From assembly GCA_029247365.1 (NCBI GenBank), contig JAQWLJ010000017.1, forward strand, positions 499 to 64,498: 64,000 bases of DNA. Reading direction: 5' to 3'. The notes below the pieces were generated by a model. That model saw nothing but the letters and a program-made list of their open reading frames with translations, searched no databases and was not told where the DNA came from. Made by a program: the position numbers and the translations under genes. Position 1 is the first letter of the stretch, and every line of letters begins with the position of its first letter. Positions 28,951-37,152 of this stretch are shown here, piece after piece. The stretch comes from Acidimicrobiales bacterium (GTDB lineage Bacteria > Actinomycetota > Acidimicrobiia > Acidimicrobiales > Aldehydirespiratoraceae).

Positions 28951-30287
28951 GCGACTTCAGTGTCGAAGCGACCCGCTTCCAGACCCCGGGTCCATCGACG
29001 CTCGAAACCGAACGTGTTGTCATCGCAATCGCCAATGGCGAGATCACGGCGGTCGCGCCTGCCTCCAGCGACGAAGCAGCGGTGCTGCGAGCCGACTCAC
29101 CCGAGCACCTCAACCTCGGGCACGACACGGTCATCGTCCCGGGAATGATCGATCTCCACATCCATGCACCCCAGTGGCAGCAGCTCGGCACCGCGCTCGA
29201 CCTGCCCGTACAGGACTGGCTGCAGACCTACACCTTTCCGCTCGAGGCGCGATTCGCCGACACGGCGATGGCCGGAGTCGTCTACCGCGACCTGGTCGCC
29301 ACGCTCCTCGCGCATGGCACCACCACCGCGGTCTACTTCGCGAGCGTGCACGAGCCCGCCACACTCGTTCTGGCCGAGACCTGCGCCGAGGCTGGGCAGC
29401 GCGCCTTCGTCGGCCGGGTGGCGATGGACCATCCTGATGCGACGCCGGAGTGGTACCGAGACGCCGATGCCGCAACCGGGTTGACGGCCTCTGCTCGATC
29501 GATCGAAGCCATCCGCACCGCCGATGCCGGCCGGGGCCTCGTCGAACCGATCATCACGCCCCGTTTCCTTCCCGCCTGCACCGATGAGCTGTTGACCGGC
29601 CTCGGGGACCTTGCCGAGACAACCGGAGCTCTCGTCCAGACCCATTGTTCGGAGTCCGACTGGCACCACGCGTACGCCTTCGAACGGTTCGGCAAGACCG
29701 ACACGAGCGCACTCGACAGCTTCGGGCTGTTGCGCAACCGCACCGTGCTCGCTCACAGCAACCACGTCACCGACGCTGACATCTCACTCATCACGCAGCG
29801 AGGCGCGGCAATTGGCCACTGCCCGATCAGCAACGCCTATTTCGCCAACGCCGTCCTCCCTGTTCCAGAGCTGCTCGCCGCCGGCGCGCGAGTTGGTCTC
29901 GGAACCGACATCGGGGCCGGCGTACGGCCCGGCGTCCTGCAGCAGTGCCACGAGGCAGTCACGATGAGCCGGATGCGGCGCGACGGCGTTCACGCCGACC
30001 TTTCGACGGCCGAGCGAGGCGCTCCCGATAGCGCCATCGACACCACGACAGCGTTCTGGCTTGCGACCGCCGGCGGTGCCGAGGCGCTTGGCCTTCCGTT
30101 GGGTGTTCTCGAACCAGGCCGACGCTTCGATGCGGTAGCAATCAACCTTGACCATCCGCACGGCGTCATCCGCCGCCACGTCGACCTCGACGACGACGAG
30201 CGATTGTTCGAAAAGGTGGTCCGCCTCGCGCAAACGTCCGACATCAGTCAGGTGTGGGTAGACGGGCGGACCGTGCACCGTCGGTGA
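28947..30287 (+). CDS. guaD: guanine deaminase (amidohydrolase superfamily)
   Basis: VPGMIDLHIHAPQWQQLG...WLQTYTFPLEARF and VLAHSNH, with a late GTDIGAG segment. Confidence 0.85.
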   Translation: MSDFSVEATRFQTPGPSTLETERVVIAIANGEITAVAPASSDEAAVLRADSPEHLNLGHDTVIVPGMIDLHIHAPQWQQLGTALDLPVQDWLQTYTFPLEARFADTAMAGVVYRDLVATLLAHGTTTAVYFASVHEPATLVLAETCAEAGQRAFVGRVAMDHPDATPEWYRDADAATGLTASARSIEAIRTADAGRGLVEPIITPRFLPACTDELLTGLGDLAETTGALVQTHCSESDWHHAYAFERFGKTDTSALDSFGLLRNRTVLAHSNHVTDADISLITQRGAAIGHCPISNAYFANAVLPVPELLAAGARVGLGTDIGAGVRPGVLQQCHEAVTMSRMRRDGVHADLSTAERGAPDSAIDTTTAFWLATAGGAEALGLPLGVLEPGRRFDAVAINLDHPHGVIRRHVDLDDDERLFEKVVRLAQTSDISQVWVDGRTVHRR

Positions 30288-30334
30288 TCCCACAAATCGG
30301 GAACTTCTGCGGGTCGCAGGGCGTTTCCACCCCG

Positions 30335-30628
30335 ATGCGTCAGCTTGTCGCCGCCCTCCTCGCACTCGCCTTGCTCGCCGGTGCATGCAGTTCCGACTCC
30401 ATCATCGCAACGACAGACGCCGCTGCGCCACGAAGTTTCCCACCGGCACCCGACGTACCCGACGGCCCGCTCGCCGACCAGGTCGTCACCTTCGCGGGTA
30501 TCACGATCGAGGCATCGGGTGGCGGCTACCTGGCGATCGACGGTGAGGGTGAATCCCTTGCCACCCACGAAGCGTTCTGGTTCGCCTGGAGCCAGTTCTA
30601 CCCCGGCACACTGCTTTGGACGGGCTGA
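30335..30628 (+). CDS. small lipoprotein with a DUF3179-like C-terminal motif
   Basis: ATG at 30335. The signal peptide MRQLVAALLALALLAGAC carries a lipobox. The C-terminus THEAFWFAWSQFYPGTLLW resembles the end of DUF3179 proteins. Confidence 0.6.
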   Translation: MRQLVAALLALALLAGACSSDSIIATTDAAAPRSFPPAPDVPDGPLADQVVTFAGITIEASGGGYLAIDGEGESLATHEAFWFAWSQFYPGTLLWTG

Positions 30629-30669
30629 ACCGGTTGCGTCTGACGCCGAGGTGCGCCACCGTCTAGCGC

Positions 30670-31584
30670 ATGACTGCACCGTTTCGCATCGCCCAACTCT
30701 CCGACACTCACTTCTTGGAAGACGGCGCTCCCGCCGAAGGCGGTGAGGGCGCGTACGACACCGACGAAGCGTTCGACGCGGTGTTCGAACACATCGCGGC
30801 GAATCATGAGCTCGACATGGTCGTCGTGACCGGCGACATCGCCGACAATGGCTTCGCCGACGAGTACCGCAAAGCAGCCGACGCATTCTCCCGGTTCGAT
30901 GTGCCCGTCAACGTGTGCCCCGGTAACCACGATCACTTCGGCCACTATTCTGCGCGCATGGGTCGCCCCGGCGTGAGCACGTCGCGGGTCATCGAGATCG
31001 ACACGTGGGCCCACGTCTTCGTCGACTCGGCCGCAGGGACGCTCCTCGACCAACCTTCGGGCACGGTCATCGACCCACCTGAGCAGGCCCGACTGCATTC
31101 CAACGGTGTTCTTGGCGAGCGTGAAGCCGCATGGATCCGCGAGACCTGCGACACGATTACGGCCGAGCACATTTTTATCTGGCTGCACCATCCGCCGGCT
31201 GCGCCACTCGTGCTCACAGAGGATGCGGCCTACGAGGCCGAGTGGCGGACCCTCCTCCACCACCTCCCGCGTGTGCGGGGGTTCGGCGGCGGCCACACGC
31301 ACGTCCCCGACGACTACGAGATTGACGGCCGTCCGGTAGCCGTTGCACCGTCGCTCAAAAACAACTTCTCCATGGACCCGCAGACCTGGCTACCACCCGG
31401 CTACCGCACCTACGAGTTCGCACCCGACGGCTCGTGGTCAAGCAATACGCATCTCGTTGACGACGAGCGTTGGCCACGCCGGCCATTCGGCAGCCTTCTC
31501 GCGAGCCTGTTTCGCGGGGAGATTGGCCACGACGAGCTGCGCCAGATCATCGAACGCCGCAACGCTGAGCGCGCCAGCGGCTAG
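30670..31584 (+). CDS. metallophosphoesterase (CpdA-like)
   Basis: IAQLSDTHF, VVTGDIADNG, CPGNHD and a GGHTH motif. Confidence 0.88.
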   Translation: MTAPFRIAQLSDTHFLEDGAPAEGGEGAYDTDEAFDAVFEHIAANHELDMVVVTGDIADNGFADEYRKAADAFSRFDVPVNVCPGNHDHFGHYSARMGRPGVSTSRVIEIDTWAHVFVDSAAGTLLDQPSGTVIDPPEQARLHSNGVLGEREAAWIRETCDTITAEHIFIWLHHPPAAPLVLTEDAAYEAEWRTLLHHLPRVRGFGGGHTHVPDDYEIDGRPVAVAPSLKNNFSMDPQTWLPPGYRTYEFAPDGSWSSNTHLVDDERWPRRPFGSLLASLFRGEIGHDELRQIIERRNAERASG

Positions 31585-31958
31585 CGGCGCTCGCCGCGAA
31601 GCTTGTCGATCATCCGGCGGTCGCGTTTGGTCGGGCGGCCGCTCCCCCGCTCACGTTGGGCGAACACCGGCGTTTCGATGAAGTCCGGCGAGCGCTCAGG
31701 CGGCGGGGGCGAGCGGTCGATCACACACTCGGCGGCCCGGGTGGCCGACATGCGCTTCTCGATCAGGCCCGCGACCTCGTAAACGATCACACGGTCCTTA
31801 CGGGTGGCCTGCACCCGGTCGCCGATCGTAATCTTGGTCGCCGCCTTGGCGATCGTGCCGTTGACCTTGACCCGTCCGGTCGTGCAGGCCTCAGTTGCCA
31901 TCGTGCGGGTCTTGTAGACCCGCACCGACCACAGCCACTTATCGACCCGCACTGCCAT
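31581..31958 (-). CDS. S4-domain RNA-binding protein (Hsp15/HslR-like)
   Basis: ATG at 31958. MAVRVDKWLWSVRVYKTRTMATEACTTGRVKVNG is an S4 motif. The rest of the 512-aa ORF-track entry is antisense to the next gene. Confidence 0.85.
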   Translation of the reverse strand: MAVRVDKWLWSVRVYKTRTMATEACTTGRVKVNGTIAKAATKITIGDRVQATRKDRVIVYEVAGLIEKRMSATRAAECVIDRSPPPPERSPDFIETPVFAQRERGSGRPTKRDRRMIDKLRGERR

Positions 31959-32039
31959 GAGCGACAGTCTTGCACCGCTTGCCCGCGCGGGCGCGAGCCG
32001 CGAAGCTGACCACGCCGTTGACCAGCTTGTGGGAGACCA

Positions 32040-33572
32040 ATGCAAACACCGATGACCATCCGCGATCACCTTGAGCGTGCCCGCATCGTCTATGGCGATC
32101 GCATCGGCATCTACGACGAACCGGATCAGCCCGCACCAAGCCTTGGTGACCTGACCTACGGCCAGTTCTACGATCTCGCCCAGGGCATGGCAGCCGGCCT
32201 CGATGACCTTGGACTCGAGCAGGGCGCTCGCGTCGGCATCGTGTCGCAGAACTCTGCCCGCCTGCTCGTCACCTTGTTCGGCGCCAGCGCCTGGGGCCGG
32301 GTGGCTGTGCCGATCAATTTCCGCCTTGGCCCCGATGAAGTCGAGTACATCGTCGATCATTCGGGCTGCGACGTCTTGATCATGGATCCTGAGCTGGAGC
32401 CCACACTCGGCGACATCAAGGTCAAGCATCGGCTGATCTCCGGTGACGAATCCGACTCGCTGTTCAAAATGGGCGCCGAGGCCCGCCCGTGGACTGCCGA
32501 CGAGGACGCCACCGCCACGATCAACTACACGTCCGGCACAACCGCACGCCCCAAGGGCGTCGAGATGACGCACCGGAACCTGTGGAGCAACTCCGCCATC
32601 TTCGGCTGGCACACGGGTGTCAACGACCGCGACGTCTACCTCCACACGCTCCCGCAATTTCACTGCAATGGCTGGGGTATGCCGTATACCACCACAGCAA
32701 TGGGCGTGCCGCAGGTCAACCTCCGCAAGGTCGATGGCCCCGAAATCCTTCGCCGCATCGAGAAGTACGGCGTCACGTTGCTGTGCGGTGCGCCTGCTGT
32801 GGTCGCCGCCATCCTCGACGCTGCCGCCGACTGGGACGGCGAGATTCCGGGCAAAGACAGGGTCCGCATGATCGTCGCCGGTGCACCGCCTCCGACTCGA
32901 ACCATTGAGCGGGTCGAAACCGAGTTGGGCTGGGAATTCATCCAGATCTACGGCCTGACCGAGACCGCTCCGCTCCTCACGATCAACCGCAGCCGCAGCG
33001 AGTGGGATAACGACACGCCGGCCGAGCGGGCGTCGAAGCTCAGCCGGCAAGGCGTTCCTGCGGTCGGTATCACGATGGGGGCCGACAGTGAGGGCGAGAT
33101 CCTCGCCCGCGGCAACCACATCTTGAAGTCGTACTGGGACAACCCGGAGGCGTCAGCCGAAGCGCTCGCTGACGACTGGTTTCACACCGGCGACGGTGGC
33201 TTTATCGACGACGAGGGCTACGTGACGCTCCAAGACCGCAAAAAAGATGTCATCATCTCCGGCGGCGAGAATGTCTCGTCCATCGAGGTCGAGGACTGCC
33301 TCTTCTCGCATGCTGCGGTTGAAGAGGTCGCCGTGATTGGTGTTCCCGATGAAAAGTGGGGCGAGACGATCAAAGCGCTCGTGGTCATCGGTGCCGGGGC
33401 TGAGGTCACCGAGCGCGATCTCATCAACCACTGTCGGGCGAAGATCGCACACTACAAGTGCCCTACCTCGGTCGAGTTTCGCGATGAACTCGCCCGAACC
33501 GCCACCGGCAAGCTCCAGAAGTTCAAGCTCCGCGCTCCGTACTGGGAGAGCGCCGACAAGGGCATTAACTAA
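32040..33572 (+). CDS. AMP-dependent acyl-CoA synthetase/ligase
   Basis: YTSGTTARPKGVEMTHRN, YGLTETAP and a C-terminal TATGKLQKFKLR. Confidence 0.9.
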   Translation: MQTPMTIRDHLERARIVYGDRIGIYDEPDQPAPSLGDLTYGQFYDLAQGMAAGLDDLGLEQGARVGIVSQNSARLLVTLFGASAWGRVAVPINFRLGPDEVEYIVDHSGCDVLIMDPELEPTLGDIKVKHRLISGDESDSLFKMGAEARPWTADEDATATINYTSGTTARPKGVEMTHRNLWSNSAIFGWHTGVNDRDVYLHTLPQFHCNGWGMPYTTTAMGVPQVNLRKVDGPEILRRIEKYGVTLLCGAPAVVAAILDAAADWDGEIPGKDRVRMIVAGAPPPTRTIERVETELGWEFIQIYGLTETAPLLTINRSRSEWDNDTPAERASKLSRQGVPAVGITMGADSEGEILARGNHILKSYWDNPEASAEALADDWFHTGDGGFIDDEGYVTLQDRKKDVIISGGENVSSIEVEDCLFSHAAVEEVAVIGVPDEKWGETIKALVVIGAGAEVTERDLINHCRAKIAHYKCPTSVEFRDELARTATGKLQKFKLRAPYWESADKGIN

Positions 33573-33581
33573 CCTGCAGCT

Positions 33582-35030
33582 TCACTGCCGAGGCGGCGGC
33601 CCCGGCACGACATAGCCAACGCCCTCGGCATAGCGGGCGTTGTTTGGGATCGGCCGCTCGTCGTCGGGGTCGAGCACCCAGCCGTGCCCGTCGACCCAGC
33701 GCGGCGGACGCGAGCGGGGATCAGGCGCAGGGGTCGGGGTGAGGTCGCCGGTCCACGCAGGCAGCGAGACCGATTCGCTCGGCGCGGCGCGGGTCGGGAG
33801 CGTAGGACGGAACGGCGGCGGCTCGCTGTGCAGCGCCATCTCCACGTCACCGGTGACCACCGGCGGCGGCACACGACCGCCGGGGATCGCCGTCGACGAC
33901 GTGGGCTCCCCGGAACCATCGGGCGGTGGGGCGAAGGGATCGACCAGCGGGTTGGACGGCGGAGTGGGCGCCGGAACGATCGGCGTTGATGGCGGGGTGA
34001 CCGGCTGCTGCGGAGGCGCCCCAGATTGGGGGCGGACCGGTGGCACGTGGGTGGTGGGGGGCTGCGTGGGCGTCGATTCCTCGGACACGGGCATGGACAT
34101 GGACCGCCGGTGAGTGAGGTCAGCACGCTCCGCACTTGGCCGAGCGGCAGCCTGCGGGGCCAGGTGAGTCTCTGGCCCGGAGCGGGCCACGACCGGCTCT
34201 GCTTCGGCGCTTCGAGCAGGCCGTGACCGGCCGTGGTCCGCGTTGGGCCAGAGCCACGACGCCACGAGAAGCGCAGCGCCGACACCGCCGAGAACGAGTG
34301 ACGGCATGAGCGTGGAGCGCAGCAACGCCGTGAGAAGTGCGGCAAGTACCTTCGCCTGGTCGGGGGCGAACGCCCGAAGGAGCGCAGGTACACCAAGACC
34401 GAGAACAAGAAAGATGACCGTGGTTCCAATCGCCCAGGAGGCGGCACGACGCAAGACCGACGGCCGGTTGGTGGTGGCAAGAAACGCGATCAGGACCATC
34501 ACGACCGAGATCCCAGCGAGGTACGGGACCACCGTCTCGAGGAACGATTTCACCGGACTCAAATCCGGGATGCGCTCGGTCGGCAGGTCGACGGTCCAAT
34601 CAGCTTCGGTGGAAATGGCGTCGGCTGCAGCTGGCGAAACCTGCGCAATCTGTTCGCGGGCGACGTCGGCGAGTGGAGTGAGATCAACACTCTCGGGAGC
34701 GTTGCCTTGGCCGAGAAACGCTCGGTGGGTTAACCCGAGCGACTCGATCAGCGAGTCGGTGACGCGTGGGTCCTCGAGCACGGCGAGCGCAGCAGCATCG
34801 ACCTGAGCAGCCGAGACCGGCACCTCTGCAGGGAGCGCTCGCTCAATCGCCACAGCGAGGTTCTCTGCCACCTGGTCTCGGACCTCATCGTTCTCGAGCA
34901 ATTCACGGGCGATCGTCTCGGAGCGCTCCTCGTCGAACACGGTCTGGAGCGCGAGGTATCCCGACCAGGCGAGTGACCCGATCAAGAGCGCCGGGCCAAG
35001 GATCAGGCCCGCGATGCCGCGGCGAAACAT
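33582..35030 (-). CDS. membrane protein with a long proline-rich C-terminal tail (hypothetical)
   Basis: N-terminal TM segment and mid-protein TM cluster, followed by about 200 aa of P/T/S-rich low-complexity sequence. Confidence 0.7.
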   Translation of the reverse strand: MFRRGIAGLILGPALLIGSLAWSGYLALQTVFDEERSETIARELLENDEVRDQVAENLAVAIERALPAEVPVSAAQVDAAALAVLEDPRVTDSLIESLGLTHRAFLGQGNAPESVDLTPLADVAREQIAQVSPAAADAISTEADWTVDLPTERIPDLSPVKSFLETVVPYLAGISVVMVLIAFLATTNRPSVLRRAASWAIGTTVIFLVLGLGVPALLRAFAPDQAKVLAALLTALLRSTLMPSLVLGGVGAALLVASWLWPNADHGRSRPARSAEAEPVVARSGPETHLAPQAAARPSAERADLTHRRSMSMPVSEESTPTQPPTTHVPPVRPQSGAPPQQPVTPPSTPIVPAPTPPSNPLVDPFAPPPDGSGEPTSSTAIPGGRVPPPVVTGDVEMALHSEPPPFRPTLPTRAAPSESVSLPAWTGDLTPTPAPDPRSRPPRWVDGHGWVLDPDDERPIPNNARYAEGVGYVVPGPPPRQ

Positions 35031-35072
35031 GGCGCTGATGTTCTCACACCAGCGCTGGCCGAAGGTGTCGCG

Positions 35073-36173
35073 TCAGCCGAGTTGGGCGAGGATCTGGTCC
35101 TCGGTTGTCCAGTCGTACTCGAACGCAGCGTTCCTGCTGCCGGCCCACCAATCGTGCGCCCTGTCGAGCATTGAGGCCGTGGTCTGTTGAGGGACCCAGT
35201 CGGTGTCGGCGCGCAAGCGGTCGATGCTGAACGACGTGTCCTGATTCCACCAGTGGACGTTGGGAGCCAGGTGCTGCAAGAGGTTGACACACAGCATGAA
35301 GCGGGTGCGGAGCAACGCGCGGGGTCCGGCTGCCTGTTCCTTCTGCGCTTGGCCGGACGAACGGACGTTGAGCGCACCCGACGCGGCTGCGATAGCAACC
35401 GAGTGCTCCCCGGTCCACAACCCCTCCATCATCTCGGCCGGGATGTGGCGGACGTCTGCGTCTACACCGACGGCCTCAGCCGCGAGCGCGACATACTCGT
35501 TACGGGTGACGGACTCGATGCCGGTCAGGTTGTAGCGCCGACCGTAGCTCGCGACATTGCCCATGAGCGCGACGAGGGCACTGGCCTGATCGTCGACGTC
35601 GCCGACCTGCAACCGAGTGGATCCGTCGCCGGGAACGAGGATCGGGCGGCCATTGCGCAACCGGGCGAACATGCGCTGCTCTCGGTCGGTCATTGCGTTG
35701 TGGGGGCCCAGCACCATCGAGAACGGGACCGTGGTGGCTGGGAAGCCATGATCGGCGTGAGCAGCAAAGAGGCGGTCTTCGCAGAGCATCTTGCGGTAGC
35801 CGTACTCGATCTGGGTCTCGCCGCGTTCGTCGGGGTCGTTTTCGCTGATCGGTGTGTCCTTCGACGCGTAGGTGACCGTCGAGCTGGCAAACAGGTAATG
35901 GCCAATGCGGTCGCGAAAGATCTCCATCATGATGTCGACGTCTTCGGGGTGGTACGCCGACATGTCCTGCACGCAATCCCACTCGGTGCCACCGAGGACG
36001 CTGCGGAGCTGATCGTGATCGGTGCGGTCGGCCACGAGGCGAGCCACCGAATCCGGAATGTCGGACTCGGTGCGACCTCGGTTACACACGGTGACGTCGT
36101 GCCCTTGGTTCACCAGCTGGTGAACCAACGCCAGACCGTTGAACTGGGTACCGCCCATCACGAGCACACGCAT
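35073..36173 (-). CDS. NAD-dependent epimerase/dehydratase (SDR family)
   Basis: MRVLVMGGTQFNGLALVHQLV is a Rossmann GxxGxxG motif. Confidence 0.85.
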   Translation of the reverse strand: MRVLVMGGTQFNGLALVHQLVNQGHDVTVCNRGRTESDIPDSVARLVADRTDHDQLRSVLGGTEWDCVQDMSAYHPEDVDIMMEIFRDRIGHYLFASSTVTYASKDTPISENDPDERGETQIEYGYRKMLCEDRLFAAHADHGFPATTVPFSMVLGPHNAMTDREQRMFARLRNGRPILVPGDGSTRLQVGDVDDQASALVALMGNVASYGRRYNLTGIESVTRNEYVALAAEAVGVDADVRHIPAEMMEGLWTGEHSVAIAAASGALNVRSSGQAQKEQAAGPRALLRTRFMLCVNLLQHLAPNVHWWNQDTSFSIDRLRADTDWVPQQTTASMLDRAHDWWAGSRNAAFEYDWTTEDQILAQLG

Positions 36174-36317
36174 CTGAAGACCCCCGTCAGCTCGAGCACC
36201 ATTGCAGAGAACCCGCGCAGCCGTCGATTGCGCGAATGCGGAGATGGCGCGTGACAGTGCTTTTGGCGCAAGTCCAACAGACCCCCGGCGTGGGTCTGGG
36301 CGCTCTACGCTTCGGTC

Positions 36318-37142
36318 ATGAGCGAATACATGTGGTGGGTCGACGGCGAAATGGTGTCGTCCGATGCCGCGTCGCTACCGGTCGCCGACCACGGACTTAC
36401 CGTGGGTGACGGATGCTTCGAAACCACCGCCATCATTCGCGGTGCCGCCTTTGCCATGACGCGTCACCTGGCTCGGCTGCGCAACAGCCTCGCCGGCCTG
36501 CTCATCGACCTGCCGGTTACCGATGCCGAGCTTCGCGCTGCGACCAACGACGTCGTCACCGCAAACCCGGGAGCCAGCATCATTCGCATCACCGTGACCG
36601 CTGGCACCGGTCCGCTCGGCTCGGGTCGAGGCGACGGCCCGCCCACCCTGATTGTTGCCGCCGGTCCCAACCGCGGCTGGGGCGACCGAGCCGGTGTCGT
36701 CACCGTGCCCTGGCCCCGCAACGAGCGCGGCGCCCTCGCGGGCATCAAGTCCACGAGCTACGCCGAGAACGTGATTGCACTCGCCCGGGCCAAGGCCGCC
36801 GGCGCCTCGGAAGCAATTTTCCCAAACACGATCGGCAACCTCTGCGAAGGCACGGGCACCAACATCTTCGTCGAGCACGAGGGCCGACTCGTTACGCCGC
36901 CGCTGTCGAGCGGGTGCCTCGCGGGCGTCACCCGCAGTCTCGTCGTCGAGACGTCCGACGTCGACGAGACCGACGTTCCGATCGGGGTCCTCGCCACCAC
37001 GTCTGAGGCGTTCCTCACCTCATCAACCCGTGACGTGATGGCGATCGATCGCATCGATGACCGAATCCTCGAACCAGGTCCACTCACCGCAGCTGCTGCG
37101 GCCGCGTTCGCCGAGCGAGCCGCCTCAACGATCGACCCCTGA
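36318..37142 (+). CDS. class IV aminotransferase (aminodeoxychorismate lyase-like)
   Basis: Class IV fold signatures: DHGLTVGDGCFET, GIKSTSYAENV and EGTGTNIF. Confidence 0.8.
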   Translation: MSEYMWWVDGEMVSSDAASLPVADHGLTVGDGCFETTAIIRGAAFAMTRHLARLRNSLAGLLIDLPVTDAELRAATNDVVTANPGASIIRITVTAGTGPLGSGRGDGPPTLIVAAGPNRGWGDRAGVVTVPWPRNERGALAGIKSTSYAENVIALARAKAAGASEAIFPNTIGNLCEGTGTNIFVEHEGRLVTPPLSSGCLAGVTRSLVVETSDVDETDVPIGVLATTSEAFLTSSTRDVMAIDRIDDRILEPGPLTAAAAAAFAERAASTIDP

Positions 37143-37152
37143 CGCCGCACTG

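Noticed and set aside
31581-31584. CTAG where the stop codons of two convergent genes overlap
   Set aside because: This is a trivial consequence of tight packing, not a functional element.
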